Source: Octopus sinensis (taxonomy: Eukaryota). From it: DNA of 64,000 nt. The stretch covers positions 98,394,001 to 98,458,000 of the forward strand of contig NC_042998.1 of the NCBI RefSeq assembly GCF_006345805.1. Direction: 5' to 3'. The notes beneath the pieces were generated by a model, which saw only the letters and a list, made by a program, of their open reading frames with translations, made no database searches and had not been told where the DNA came from. Below are positions 13,865 through 25,814 of the stretch, piece by piece. Made by a program: the position numbers and the translations under genes. Positions within the stretch are counted from its first letter, which is position 1. Every line of letters starts with the position of its first letter.

Positions 13865-14695
13865 ATTACATGGAAAAAGCAAGCAAGAGAAATAATATTC
13901 TTAAGATTATAAACCTGGAAAATTACAGAAGTTATTACACTTGGAAAAGTTCAGGACAACTTATTACTTCTGGTAAAGTACAGAACAAGAAAATTTATAC
14001 TTAAAATATTGCAGCTAAGGATAAAATTTCAAATAGAAAATATTAGCTTTTATTAAAACTAAAGTTTTATTACAACTTATTACTTCTATTTGTTATTACT
14101 TCTATTAAAAATTAAAAATAACTTAATTAAAATATTTTTTGCACCTTAAAATAGTCATCTTTTTAATTATTAATTAATAATTAGAAATTTGAAAATAGGT
14201 TATAAAAAGTAATAGTTAGTACAATAAATAGAATAATACAAAAATTAGTTATATATTACAGTAATATCTACCTGTAACAACAAATTTACAGTAAAGCTTG
14301 CTTGAGTTATTGCCTAAGTTATTGCCAAGTCTTCACATTTTTAGTCTTGATCCAATGCCTATTTTTTACATAATGAATTTGCCTACCATATATACTATTC
14401 TACTTTGCATAAAACTTTAGCAATATTGGTACTTCTGGCTTTCATTTTTTAAATCTTATCAAAATGATGGTACCTTTTTTAATTATAATGTTACTTTGTA
14501 AATTAAAATCAAATAATTTTTAATATTCAAATTTTATCCTTAGCTGCAATATTCTAAGTAAGAATTTTCTTGTTCTGTACTTTATCAGATGTAATAAGTT
14601 GTCATGAACTTTTCCAACTTGTCTTGTAATTTTCCATGTTTATAGTCATAAGAATATTTTTTCTCTTACTTGCATTTTCCCATGTAATCCATGTT
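13865..14695. mobile_element. AT-rich foldback element with ~180-bp inverted arms
   Basis: 13865-14040 pairs with 14520-14695 (e.g. AATATTGCAGCTAAGGATAAAATTT / AAATTTTATCCTTAGCTGCAATATT). No TSD found. Confidence 0.7.
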
Positions 14696-15339
14696 TTTTT
14701 TTCCAGGCTATGCTATTATGCTAATAAGTAATGTGTCAAATGTGTCAATTATGGGCGTCGTTGATAATTTTTTCCTTACCTCAATGATGCTGATGACGTA
14801 TATTAAAAGTCCCTTTATAGAACTATATTCATAAAAAAGTATAGAACTATATTATCATCTTCAAATTTGAAAAACAAACACTCATGACCTTTTCTTTTAA
14901 AACTTCATTGCATGCAAATGATACCATGAAATTCCTTGAATTAAGCTCTATCATATAAGCTTAATTAAAATATAGTTTGTTTTAAAAATAAAAAAGTTAA
15001 TTATACTTAAATCCAATTTTTTGCCTTATATTTTTTTCATATTTTACCTCACAACTTTTTTGATACAAATTTTTGTTGCATGGGAACGAAACTATGAAAT
15101 TCTTCATGCTTTCTTCTATCATTGAAGCTAAGGTAAATATATTTTGCTTTTAAAATAAATTTTTTTTTTAGATCAAAACTTGATTGGTGGCATTAATTAC
15201 TCTCCTATAATGTTGCTACAAATTTTGATATAAACTTTTTTTTCTACTAGATGAAACCTTAATTTTTTCATGCCAAATGTAGCTAAGGACCAGTCCTCTT
15301 AAAAGATAGTATGGCAGCACTGGCAACAACCTATGCATG

Positions 15340-15733
15340 AATGGTGCTTATTACGTGCCACCAGCACAGGAGCCAGTCAGGTGGCACTGGCATTGTCCAC
15401 AACTACAATTTCCATTTTGATTTGGATTTGACTGAGATTCTGATTCTGCGTTTGATTTTACTTGACTCAAAGTCTCCTCAAGCATGGTGTGTCGCTCGAC
15501 GATTCAAAGGTACTTTTCAAATGGGCTGGTTATGCTACACTGGTATAGGCTACGGCTGTGATCTCATTTTACTTGCCAGGTCTTCTCAATCAAAGCATAT
15601 CTCCAACAAAACATGTGCCCAGAGCACAAAGATTGCTTGGAGACACAAGGTACATTATAAAAATCTGTCTAACCACATGTCTCAATGGCAAGAACCTGTT
15701 AGTAACTCTTATTTTGATATCTCATTTTTAATT

Positions 15734-15780
<47 letters not shown>

Positions 15781-16540
15781 TGCACACACCAGTTACATAC
15801 AATAAATCTATACAGAAGTTACATAGCACAACAGAGAGGTGATGGCTATGGTTGGGCTACTGGACTATATATATATCATCATCATCATCATCATCATTTA
15901 ACGTCTGCTTTCCATGCTAGCATGGGTTGGACGGTTCAACTGGGGTCTGGGGAGCCCAAAAGCTGCACCAGTCCAGTCAGATCTGGCAGTGTTTCTACAG
16001 CTGGATGCCCTTCCTAACGCCAACCACTCCGAGAGTGTAGTGGGTGATTTTATGTGCCACCGACACAGGTGCCAGACGAGGCTGGCAAACGGCCACGCTC
16101 GGATGGTGTTTTTTATGTGCCACCGACACAGGTGCCAGACGAGGCTGGCAGACGGCCACGCTCGGATGGTGTTTTTATGTGCCACCGACACAGGTGCCAG
16201 ATGAGGCTGGCAAACGGCCACGATCGGATGGTGTTTGTTACGTGCCCACAGCACGGAGGCCAGTCGATGCGGTACTGGCTACGGCCACGTTCGGATGGTT
16301 TTCTTGTGTGCCACGTGCCACCGGCACTGGTACCACAAAAATAAAAATTTTTCCATTGATGTTCATCTATTTTGATTTGTTTTGATTTTCACTTGCCTCA
16401 ACAGGTCTTCACAAGTGTCACAAGAAGGAAGGTATGCACAGGTGGACTGACTACGTCCCAGGTAGGGGCCACAGGTTATGGCCTGACTAGTCTTGCCGGG
16501 TCTTCGGATGGTGTTTTTATGTGCCACCGACACATATATA
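15340..16540 (-). mobile_element. RTE-tail repeats, including a young copy with an internal ~62-bp tandem
   Basis: Plus strand shows (CAT)n-TTTAACGTCTGCTTTCCATGCTAGCATGGG...GGATGCCCTTCCTAACGCCAACCACTCC, the same tail as at 12297, 25425, 26385, 28830, 32990 and 35000. Confidence 0.7.
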
Positions 16541-17799
16541 TATATATATATATGTCTGTGTGATTAAAAAATTCTCTTTGCAACTATGCAGTTTCATGTT
16601 CAGTCCTACAGTATGACACCTTCAGTAAGTGTCTTCTCTTATGGTCCTAGGTCAACCAGTTCCTTCATGAGTAAATTTGGTAGAAAGAAACTGTAACGTC
16701 ATATATATGGGAGTGTTTATGCGGGTGTGTGTCTGGGGTGGGAAGGGTACAGTATGACTAGTTGTTCTGTGCTTTTGTAGACCTATGGAATATAGAAATC
16801 CCTTATTCGAAAAACAAGTGAGTATTGGTGACAGGGAAAGCATCTACATGTAAAATCCTACCTCAAAATTGATATGCCATCCAAGCTATTGTAGTACAAA
16901 AAACTAACTTTAACCAGATGGTACATACATATACACACAAACTTATGTGGACACATGCATACACACACACACACACATACACAGGTACATGTACATGCAT
17001 GAACACACACACACACATGTATGTATGTTTTATTTGAAGCTAAAGAAAGTGAAGAGAAACAATGCAAAGGAATTCATTCTATCACAGACATGTATAGGAT
17101 TCAAACAAATGTAAAAGAAGAATATTAAATCTAAAAGACCTCGTAGACATGTCTTCTAAAAATACAATGTTTATATCAGCTAAACTTACATTATAAATAC
17201 TTATGTTCATCTAATAATCATTGTAAAACTCCAGAAATCCAGATGCACAAATCAACCAAATTTATATTACAGTTTCTATGATAGCCATCACCAGTCCTGA
17301 ATTATTCAAAATCAGATTGAATAATAAAGTAGATACAACATGTCTTTATTGCCACTCAAACATGATACAGTATAATAGTATGATCTTATAATAGTATGAT
17401 CTTATAACAGCATGATCTTATAAGAGACTATATCTGAGGTTCACAATATCTGAATTGAAAGATCTGTTTCACTGATTATTTACTTAATTGTTTATTCTCA
17501 TGATTTTGAATGCCACGCTGCTTTAGAGTAAGTATTAACCATTTAATGACAATCTAATCAATGAATACACTACAAATGCCTGAGGAAATGAAAATGTGGT
17601 GAGACTAATGATTGTGGTCCATATTTCAGGAGAAGCATTTGCTTTTGTCACAAAAGTTTCTGGTTTTTTTGACATGTTGCAGATGATAGGATTTGTAACT
17701 GATAGAGTCATTAATGTAAGTTGGAAGGAATGCCTCCTATATGTAACATGTTCAAGTTGTAACATAATGTGTGTAGTTAGCATTTTTTAGAAGGCAGTT

Positions 17800-18290
17800 C
17801 ACAGGAAGAATCCATTTTCAGTGATTTCTTTAAGAGGCATGAATAAAGAATATTCAGAAGGCAAGTTTATAAAACAAAAACATTGAAATTTATTCAGTAG
17901 TGTAATGAGCAAGTGGTAACAAGAATTAATCTTGCATATGAATGGGAACCAAATATATGTGTATGCAAGACAGGAAAAATCGCATGACTTACTATATATA
18001 CTGAGGTTTATATGAAGCAGAGTAGATGCTGATATTAATGAAGACATACAATAGAAATACAAAATGGCTGACGGTTAGTAAGGAGAGACACAAATAAGAA
18101 AGAAGAAAACAAAGGACCACTGATGCGGTCACAGGAGTGTGACGAAAGAACTCTGGCCGAAATAAGATTAAGATTAATGTAAAAAATAAATAACACTGAA
18201 GCAAAGTAACACCAAATATATAGTGCGTATGTTTTTATTGGCTAAACTGGCAAAATGACCATTCCGAAATACAACAATATATATATATTC
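17800..18290 (+). mobile_element. Unclassified repeat ending in (TA)n and carrying a hammerhead-like motif (possible Penelope-related element)
   Basis: Hammerhead-like fold at 18114-18158 and junction with a TA run at about 18280. Left boundary uncertain; family assignment is inference. Confidence 0.35.
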
Positions 18291-18569
18291 TTTTACTTGT
18301 TACAGTCATTAGACTATGGCTATGCTGAAGAGATGAATAAGATAAAATGGATCAAATGACATATATTTAACATATTGCATAATCATTATCGTCCATCAAA
18401 GACATAAAATGTGTTTCTTCAGGTGATTAATTAGAATAAGTCCTTTGTTAGACCAGACTGTCATTTCCCTCTATACAAGAATGAATACCCAAAGCAGTGA
18501 GCTAGTTTCAGCAATTTGCAGACAAAACTAAACCCATAGATATAGTACTCTCTCTCTCTCTTACTCTCT

Positions 18570-18930
18570 TGTTTCAGTCATTTGACTGTGGTCATGCCTT
18601 TAGCCAAGCAAATCGACCCTTTCTAAGCCTGGTACTTATTCTATCAGTCTCTTTTGCCGAACCACTAAGTTATGGGGACGTAAACACACCAGCATCGGTT
18701 GTCAAGCGATGTTGGGGGGACAAACACAGACACACACACATATACATATATATACATACACATATACATATATACAATGGGCGTCTTTCAGTTTCCGTCT
18801 ACCAAATCCACTCACAAAGCTTTGGTCGGTCTGAGGCTATAGTAGAAGACACTTAACCAAGGTACCATGCAGTGGGACTGAACCCAGATCCATGTGGTTG
18901 GTAAGCAAGCTACTTACCACACACCTACTC
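18570..18930 (-). mobile_element. Family B SINE, full length
   Basis: Head with A/B-box-like GTGTGGTAAGTAGC...GGGTTCAGTCCC and an internal (TA/CA)n. Confidence 0.8.
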
Positions 18931-19413
18931 CTACACCATAGTAGCTATAGTGACAGATAAAACAAAAGTATAATCAAAATACAAAATACAGAAACAAAGT
19001 AACAAACACACAAAAAATGTTTCCTGTCAAGTTAACTATAAATAACAGTTTTATCTTGATCAGATTATTAGGAAGAAAAATAAAATAAAATATGAAATTA
19101 AGCATTTAGAAATACTGGGGTTTGGCTGCTAATCTGGCTATCTTTACTCATGAAGTCACATGTGTGTGATTCACAAAGGCCAACAAAAGCTGGATTTGAT
19201 CACTTAAGGAAATCTCACAAATTAGCTTGTTATTTTGTGACTATTAGATGTCAAAATAAGTTAAAGTGTATATAGAAGAAATCTAGTATAATTGTGGAAG
19301 TCATATCGGTGTAGTAAAGAAATCTCACGATGCTTTTGACTACAATACCTTCTGAGATGAAGACGCAACTCTAAATTACTTTTACATAAAATAAATTAAG
19401 ATAAAAATATCAA

Positions 19414-19495
19414 CGTCGCCGATAGGATTCGAACCTATGCGGGGAGACCCCAATGGATTTCTAGTCCATCGCCTTAACCACTCGGCCACGACGAC
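19414..19495 (-). tRNA. tRNA-Ser (anticodon AGA)
   Basis: 82 nt GTCGTCGTGGCCGAGTGGTTAAGGCGATGGACTAGAAATCC...GGTTCGAATCCTATCGGCGACG. Acceptor stem, D loop, long variable arm and TTCGAAT T-loop are present, with a downstream T5 Pol III terminator. Confidence 0.96.
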
Positions 19496-19738
19496 ACCTT
19501 GCATGTCAGCCGAATCTTAAACATGTAATTTTTGAGTTGTTTTTACTTTTATATTCGTTCTATCACTTGAATTTTATATTTTTATGCTCATTGGAAGATC
19601 CCTTTGGTCTACAAACTCACTGCAGTGGTAGATTTCGTTTTGAGTTGGTAGCACAGTTGTGATGTTTATTGTGAGAAAGAATGGAAGTATTTTTACAAAA
19701 CATGAATCACTTGACTAACGACAATGATTTAATTAACG

Positions 19739-19951
19739 AAATTTGGTGGAATTCTGTTTTTCGCACGGCATATAACCCTTCATGTTTTTCTAGTAGCTTT
19801 TGGAATTTTCAGAAAATTTTTGTGAATTTGTGTTCTTCAAACGAGAAATCTCACGACCATGCAAAAACGCATTTAATGGTTTATTGCTGGGATTTCCAAA
19901 AGAAATAAAAGAGTTATATGCTGTGCGTAAAGTAAAATTCCACCAGAAATT
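19739..19951. mobile_element. MITE-like inverted repeat between the two tRNAs
   Basis: AATTT.GGTGGAATT...CGCACGGCATATAAC pairs with GTTATATGCTGTGCG...AATTCCACCAGAAATT; inner CTTTTGGAA pairs with TTCCAAAAG. Confidence 0.6.
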
Positions 19952-20912
19952 CTTTGATACTATTTTCTCTTACATTTTCATTTACAAAAGTAAGAAAATT
20001 GAAAATGTTAACACTCTCATTATCATTGGGGGAAAAAATGTTTCTAGTTCTCTCACTATTAATTATAAGTAATTCCTTTGCAAACTGAACCCGCATCTCA
20101 GTATCTACATACAGCTGGTTGCATACAAGATACAAGTCACATTGTTGAAAGTTACGCTTTTTTTATCTCATTTCTTGTTTGAGGAATAATATACGGCCAC
20201 CACGAACTTTCTTAATCTGTGGCAGTCATAGTTAATATTCCTGTTAGAAGCTTTAGAAATTGGTATACCTACACATTTGATACCTTACTCATGAATTTCT
20301 GTAAAATGAAACTTGAAATTTTGAAAAAAAAAAAAAAAATTATGTATATCTGTATGTATGCGTGACGCATACCAGTTTTTTCCCCACTATAAATTCTAAT
20401 ATAATAGTAAGGTAAGGTACACCGTCTGAAAGGAATTTGTAGAAAATTTCATGAAAAAATACTCATTTTTCTGAAAGTTATGAGGAAACAAAGTCGATGG
20501 GACACAGTTGTGTAGGTATGCTTAGAACTAGAAGTTTTTATTTTATTTTAAGAAGCCTTTTATGAATTAGTATTAAAATCTGAAGATACTGATACTCTGA
20601 GAACTGTGAGAGGCACATCAGCTTAAATTTATAATTAATGTGTCTCACAAGATTATTTATTGATATCGTGTCGCGATATCAGATGAAGAAATTAAATTGT
20701 TTTTGATTACATTCTACGTACCGTAGCATAGACACAGAACATGCTAGTGTGACCATATATATATATATAGGTTTGGCGATGCAAAAAGGAAAATAAAACT
20801 CAAATCATGAATATATTATACGTTTTTTATTAATGATCGGCAGAAGTTTCAGAGTGACTCAAGGGTCGAGAGTTTCGCGTGTTAGCACACACATCACATT
20901 ATACATGTGTGC

Positions 20913-20958
<46 letters not shown>

Positions 20959-21048
20959 GTACATATATCTGAACATATATATGAACAATAGCCATTAATA
21001 GAAATATCTAAAGCATTAGACGATTATTGAAGTCATGCTTTCCCTGAA

Positions 21049-21130
21049 GTCGTCGTGGCCGAGTGGTTAAGGCGATGGACTAGAAATCCATTGGGGTCTC
21101 CCCGCATAGGTTCGAATCCTATCGGCGACG
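21049..21130 (+). tRNA. tRNA-Ser (anticodon AGA), identical second copy
   Basis: Same 82-nt sequence as 19414-19495, followed by TGTAAATTTTT. Confidence 0.96.
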
Positions 21131-21463
21131 TGTAAATTTTTGGTGTAACTTTTCGTAATATGTTTATTTGCATAATAATTTTGTAAATATTAAAACGACT
21201 ATGTCTTAATAAAATTGATCTAGTATACCAGTTTGTCAAGAATGTTTTGAGAATATAACTGAAATAAAAATCCAACATTTATAGATCTGTCAAATATATT
21301 TTTAACTGTAGATGAAAGAAGTAAATTGAAAGAATCAGCTTTAAGTAGTCTTACTAAAAAAAATTAGATTTTAAATTCATCTTTTTAAAATATTCAATTC
21401 AATAAAGTTTAATGTTTCAAATAAATGCCAATACTAAACGGTGTCTCGAAAGTCTTTGACTTG

Positions 21464-21494
21464 ATGACGTGACGTCATATTGTCAAGGTAAATA
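21464..21494 (+). promoter_or_regulatory. Putative RIIAD1 proximal promoter motifs: tandem CRE-like sites and a forkhead-type site
   Basis: ATGACGT overlapping a perfect TGACGTCA (21470-21477), and GTAAATA (21488-21494), within 45 bp upstream of the ATG. Motif match only. Confidence 0.4.
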
Positions 21495-21506
21495 ACAACT
21501 GAGGCA

Positions 21507-21626
21507 ATGGCTGCAGCTAAACCAAAACATGACCCACCCCACGGGATGGAAGACTACGACTTAAAAACTGACGAAGATTTGGGAGCTCTCAGTGATGGCG
21601 ATCAAGAGAAATTAAACCAATTAAAG
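21507..21626 (+). CDS. RIIAD1: RIIa domain-containing protein 1, exon 1 (MAAAKPKHDPPHGMEDYDLKTDEDLGALSDGDQEKLNQLK)
   Basis: ATG at 21507, 40 codons, donor AAG|GTAATA (phase 0). DLGALSDGDQEKLNQLK resembles the recalled vertebrate RIIAD1 segment DPGALSAAQLEQLRKFK. Confidence 0.85.
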
Positions 21627-22859
21627 GTAATAATAAACATTAAAAAGAATTTAACGGTTAAAAAAAAATGAAAATATCATCTGAAGCAAAACTAATTTTG
21701 TTTGTGAATGATAAAATAATTAAATATTTTCTTTCAGTTTTCTTAAGAAAATACGTTTGTGTGTATCTGTGATGAATGACCATAAGCAGAACTTTTATTT
21801 CTTTTTTTCTTTTTAGTAGATATTACTTCTTTTTTAACCAAACCAGTTTTCTTTTAGAAAGCATAAATGTCTTACAATTTCACTTTCTCTCCTACCCACC
21901 TTCAACACTGAGGCTTTGTGCGTGTTTGTGTGTTATATGTATGCATATATTTGTGTAGGTGTAACACAAATCAATTTCCTACAAAATATAAAAAATAATA
22001 AAGGAAAAGTACATTCAAAACATAAATTTTTGTAAATTCTGTTTTATGTCCTCTGTACAGCTGTTACAGGCACAGTGTATCAAGAAGCCATTATTTCATG
22101 TTACGACCGTAAACAAGCATATACAAGCAAAAATGAAAATAACAGTATATTGTACAAACATAGATCATTAACATTTTCAATAGAAGCAAATAATATTGTT
22201 ATAGATGCTGCTATTTAATAGTATAAAATATGTAATTGCGTAAAATATATATCAAGGGTATAAATTTGGACTAGTGCCCTTAGTTTGGTTGTTAGTCACA
22301 ACATTTCGGTTGTTATATACCCTGTCCTCCCTCGGGTGCCTCTCGTATTCGGTAGCGTTCTCGGAATTTCAAACCGTACTCTTTATTAAATCCATTGACA
22401 AATGACTGTTCTCATTCCGTTGTTCATTCTGAGATGCTCTTCTGCTCATTCCACCTGAACCAGGATTGAACTCTCGCCTACTAGCAGCTAGTGTAGTCAA
22501 TGAGGTAGTGAATATAAGCATCATGTGTTAAGTGTACTAGTTTAACTAGTAGGTTTGAGTTCAATTCTTGGATCGTTTCATTATTTTCATTTTCATTTTA
22601 ACGTTCACTTTTTTACGCTTTCAGGGATCAGACGAAGTTTATTTGAGGCAGATTTTTCTATGGCCAGATGCATTTCTGTCGCCAACTCTCACCTGTTTGT
22701 AAGCAAGATCATATTTTCATATGTCCAGGCATATTCTCGCAGTATATTGGAAATGAATGACACTGCTTGTAGTGACATGGGGAGATGTTATTGTTTCACT
22801 TTTGACGCATAATACTGAAATAGTAGAAGAAATAAGAGATTTCTCTGGGCTCGTATTAG

Positions 22860-23010
22860 GCAAGAAGTTGAAAATTTTTTTGGCCCTTGACACTACATGG
22901 ACCCTAAGTAAGGCATGTGTAAAATTTCAATGAAATCGGTTGTGTAGTTCTCGAGTTTTAGTGATTCACACAGACACACATTCTCATATTTATGTTGTAT
23001 GTATATTATA
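22860..23010 (+). mobile_element. Possible non-autonomous Helitron/Helentron-type terminus
   Basis: AAAATTTCAATGAAATCGGTTGTGTAGTTCTCGAGTT...CACACAGACACACATTCTCATATTTAT resembles the end pattern of DINE-1/HINE-like repeats as I recall it. Confidence 0.3.
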
Positions 23011-23013
23011 TAT

Positions 23014-23113
23014 NNNNNNNNNNNNNNNNNNNNNNNNNNNNNNNNNNNNNNNNNNNNNNNNNNNNNNNNNNNNNNNNNNNNNNNNNNNNNNNNNNNNNNN
23101 NNNNNNNNNNNNN
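23014..23113. other. Assembly gap (100 N)
   Basis: Run of 100 N; a round number suggests a gap of unknown size. Confidence 0.99.
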
Positions 23114-23251
23114 AATAATTCTGAGATTGAATCGGCAGTTTATATTTACTGCTGATAAGTTTGGCGCGAATACGTCAGTCTTGAAAATTTTAAGACAGAT
23201 ATTCCGTAGACATCGATACAGACGCCTCGTGTATATTTGTCTCTCCCAGGT

Positions 23252-23351
23252 TTTTTACTGATGAAGTGTAACCTATGGTAGATTAGCTTAATTTAATTTA
23301 ATTAAGCTAATTTAATCATTAATGACACAGAAACGTTGCAACGTCTAAAAG
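23252..23351 (+). ncRNA. Type I hammerhead ribozyme motif, copy 1 (predicted GUC cleavage after 23345)
   Basis: TTTTA-CTGATGA-A-GTGT...ACAC-A-GAAA-CGTTGCAAC-GTC-TAAAA: both core boxes plus stems I, II and III. Confidence 0.75.
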
Positions 23352-23724
23352 ATGAATTAGGGTAAATGTTTTTAAATTTTCACCTAATTTCTGAATTACT
23401 ACTACTTGGCGGTGTGAGTTATGGCTGCTCTTTCTGGTGGACGAGTGACCTGTTAGGGTCACTCCTAAATTGTTATATTTATATATTTAGTCGATGACTA
23501 TTTTCTCTTTTCCACCAGGCCGCTGGTAGCGATAAATTTCTATTGAATTTTTTTGCTACCCTAAATTGACTAATTGATAATTTTCTGAATAATTCTGAGA
23601 TTGAATCGGCAGTTTATATTACTGCTGATAAGTTTGGCGCGAATACGTCAGTCTTGAAAATTTTAAGACAGATATTCCGTAGGCATCGATACAGACGCCT
23701 CGTGTATATTTGTCTCTCCCACGT

Positions 23725-23823
23725 TTTTTACTGATGAAGTGTAACCTATGGTAGATTAGCTTAATTAATTTAATTAAGCTAATTTAATCATTAATGACAC
23801 AGAAACGTTGCAACGTCTAAAAG
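23725..23823 (+). ncRNA. Type I hammerhead ribozyme motif, copy 2 (predicted cleavage after 23817)
   Basis: CTGATGA at 23731, GAAA at 23802, GTC at 23815-23817; same fold as copy 1. Confidence 0.75.
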
Positions 23824-24198
23824 ATGAATTAGGGTAAATGTTTTTAAATTTTCACCTAATTCTGAATTACTACTACTTGGCGGTGTGTGTGAGTATGGCT
23901 GCTCTTTCTGGTGGACGAGTGACCTGTTAGGGTCACTCCTAATTGTTATATTTATATATTTAGTCGATGACTATTTTCTCTTTTCCACCAGGCCGCTGGT
24001 AGCGATAAATTTCTATTGAATTTTTTTGCTACCCTAAATTGACTAATTGATAATTTTCTGAATAATTCTGAGATTGAATCGGCAGTTTATATTTACTGCT
24101 GATAAGTTTGGCGCGAATACGTCAGTCTTGAAAATTTTAAGACAGATATTCCGTAGGCATCGATACAGACGCCTCGTGTATATTTGTCTCTCCCAGGT

Positions 24199-24297
24199 TT
24201 TTTACTGATGAAGTGTAACCTATGGTAGATTAGCTTAATTTAATTTAATTAAGCTAATTAATCATTAATGACACAGAAACGTTGCAACGTCTAAAAG
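24199..24297 (+). ncRNA. Type I hammerhead ribozyme motif, copy 3 (predicted cleavage after 24291)
   Basis: CTGATGA at 24205, GAAA at 24276, GTC at 24289-24291; same fold. Confidence 0.75.
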
Positions 24298-24419
24298 ATG
24301 AATTAGGGTAAATGTTTTTAAATTTTCACCTAATTCTGAATTACTACTACTTGGCGGTGTGAGTTATGGCTGCTCTTTCTGGTGGACGAGTGACCTGTTA
24401 GGGTCACTCCTAAATTGTT

Positions 24420-25265
<846 letters not shown>

Positions 25266-25424
25266 ATATAACAACTTCTTCAGTTTCCATCTATCAAATT
25301 CACTCAAGGGTTTTGTCACCCTGGGGGCTATAGTAGAACACACTTGCCCAAGGTACCACACAGTTGGACAACTCTGGACCATGTGGTTGGGAAGTAAACT
25401 TCTTACCACACACACACACGTACA

Positions 25425-25740
25425 CTATCATCATCATCATTTAACGTCTGCTTTCCATGCTAGCATGGGTTGGATGATTTGACTGAGGTTTGGCAAACCA
25501 GACTCCAATCTGATCTAGCAGAGTTTCTAAAGCTGGATGCCCTTCCTAATGCCAAACACTCCGAGAGTGTAGTGGGTGCTTTTATGTGCCACCGGCACTA
25601 TGGCCAGTTTGGTGGTACTGGCAACGGCCACGCCCAAATGGTGCTTTTTATGTGCCACCTGCACAGGAGCCAGTCCAGTGGCACTGGCAACGACCTGGTT
25701 TGAATGTTTCATGTGCCACCAGCACAAGTGCTAATAAGAT
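25425..25740 (-). mobile_element. RTE-tail repeat copy
   Basis: Same (CAT)n...GGATGCCCTTCCTAATGCCAA motif set. Confidence 0.7.
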
Positions 25741-25814
25741 GTAGTATCAAATATATGTAATTTTTTTATTTGTTCATAAGCAATTCTGTTTTTCTAAATG
25801 CAGTTTAGTTTGAT

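Noticed and set aside
16048-16330. CRISPR-like regular repeats
   Set aside because: Units are contiguous with no unique spacers, there are no cas genes, the context is eukaryotic, and the repeats are part of an RTE tail.
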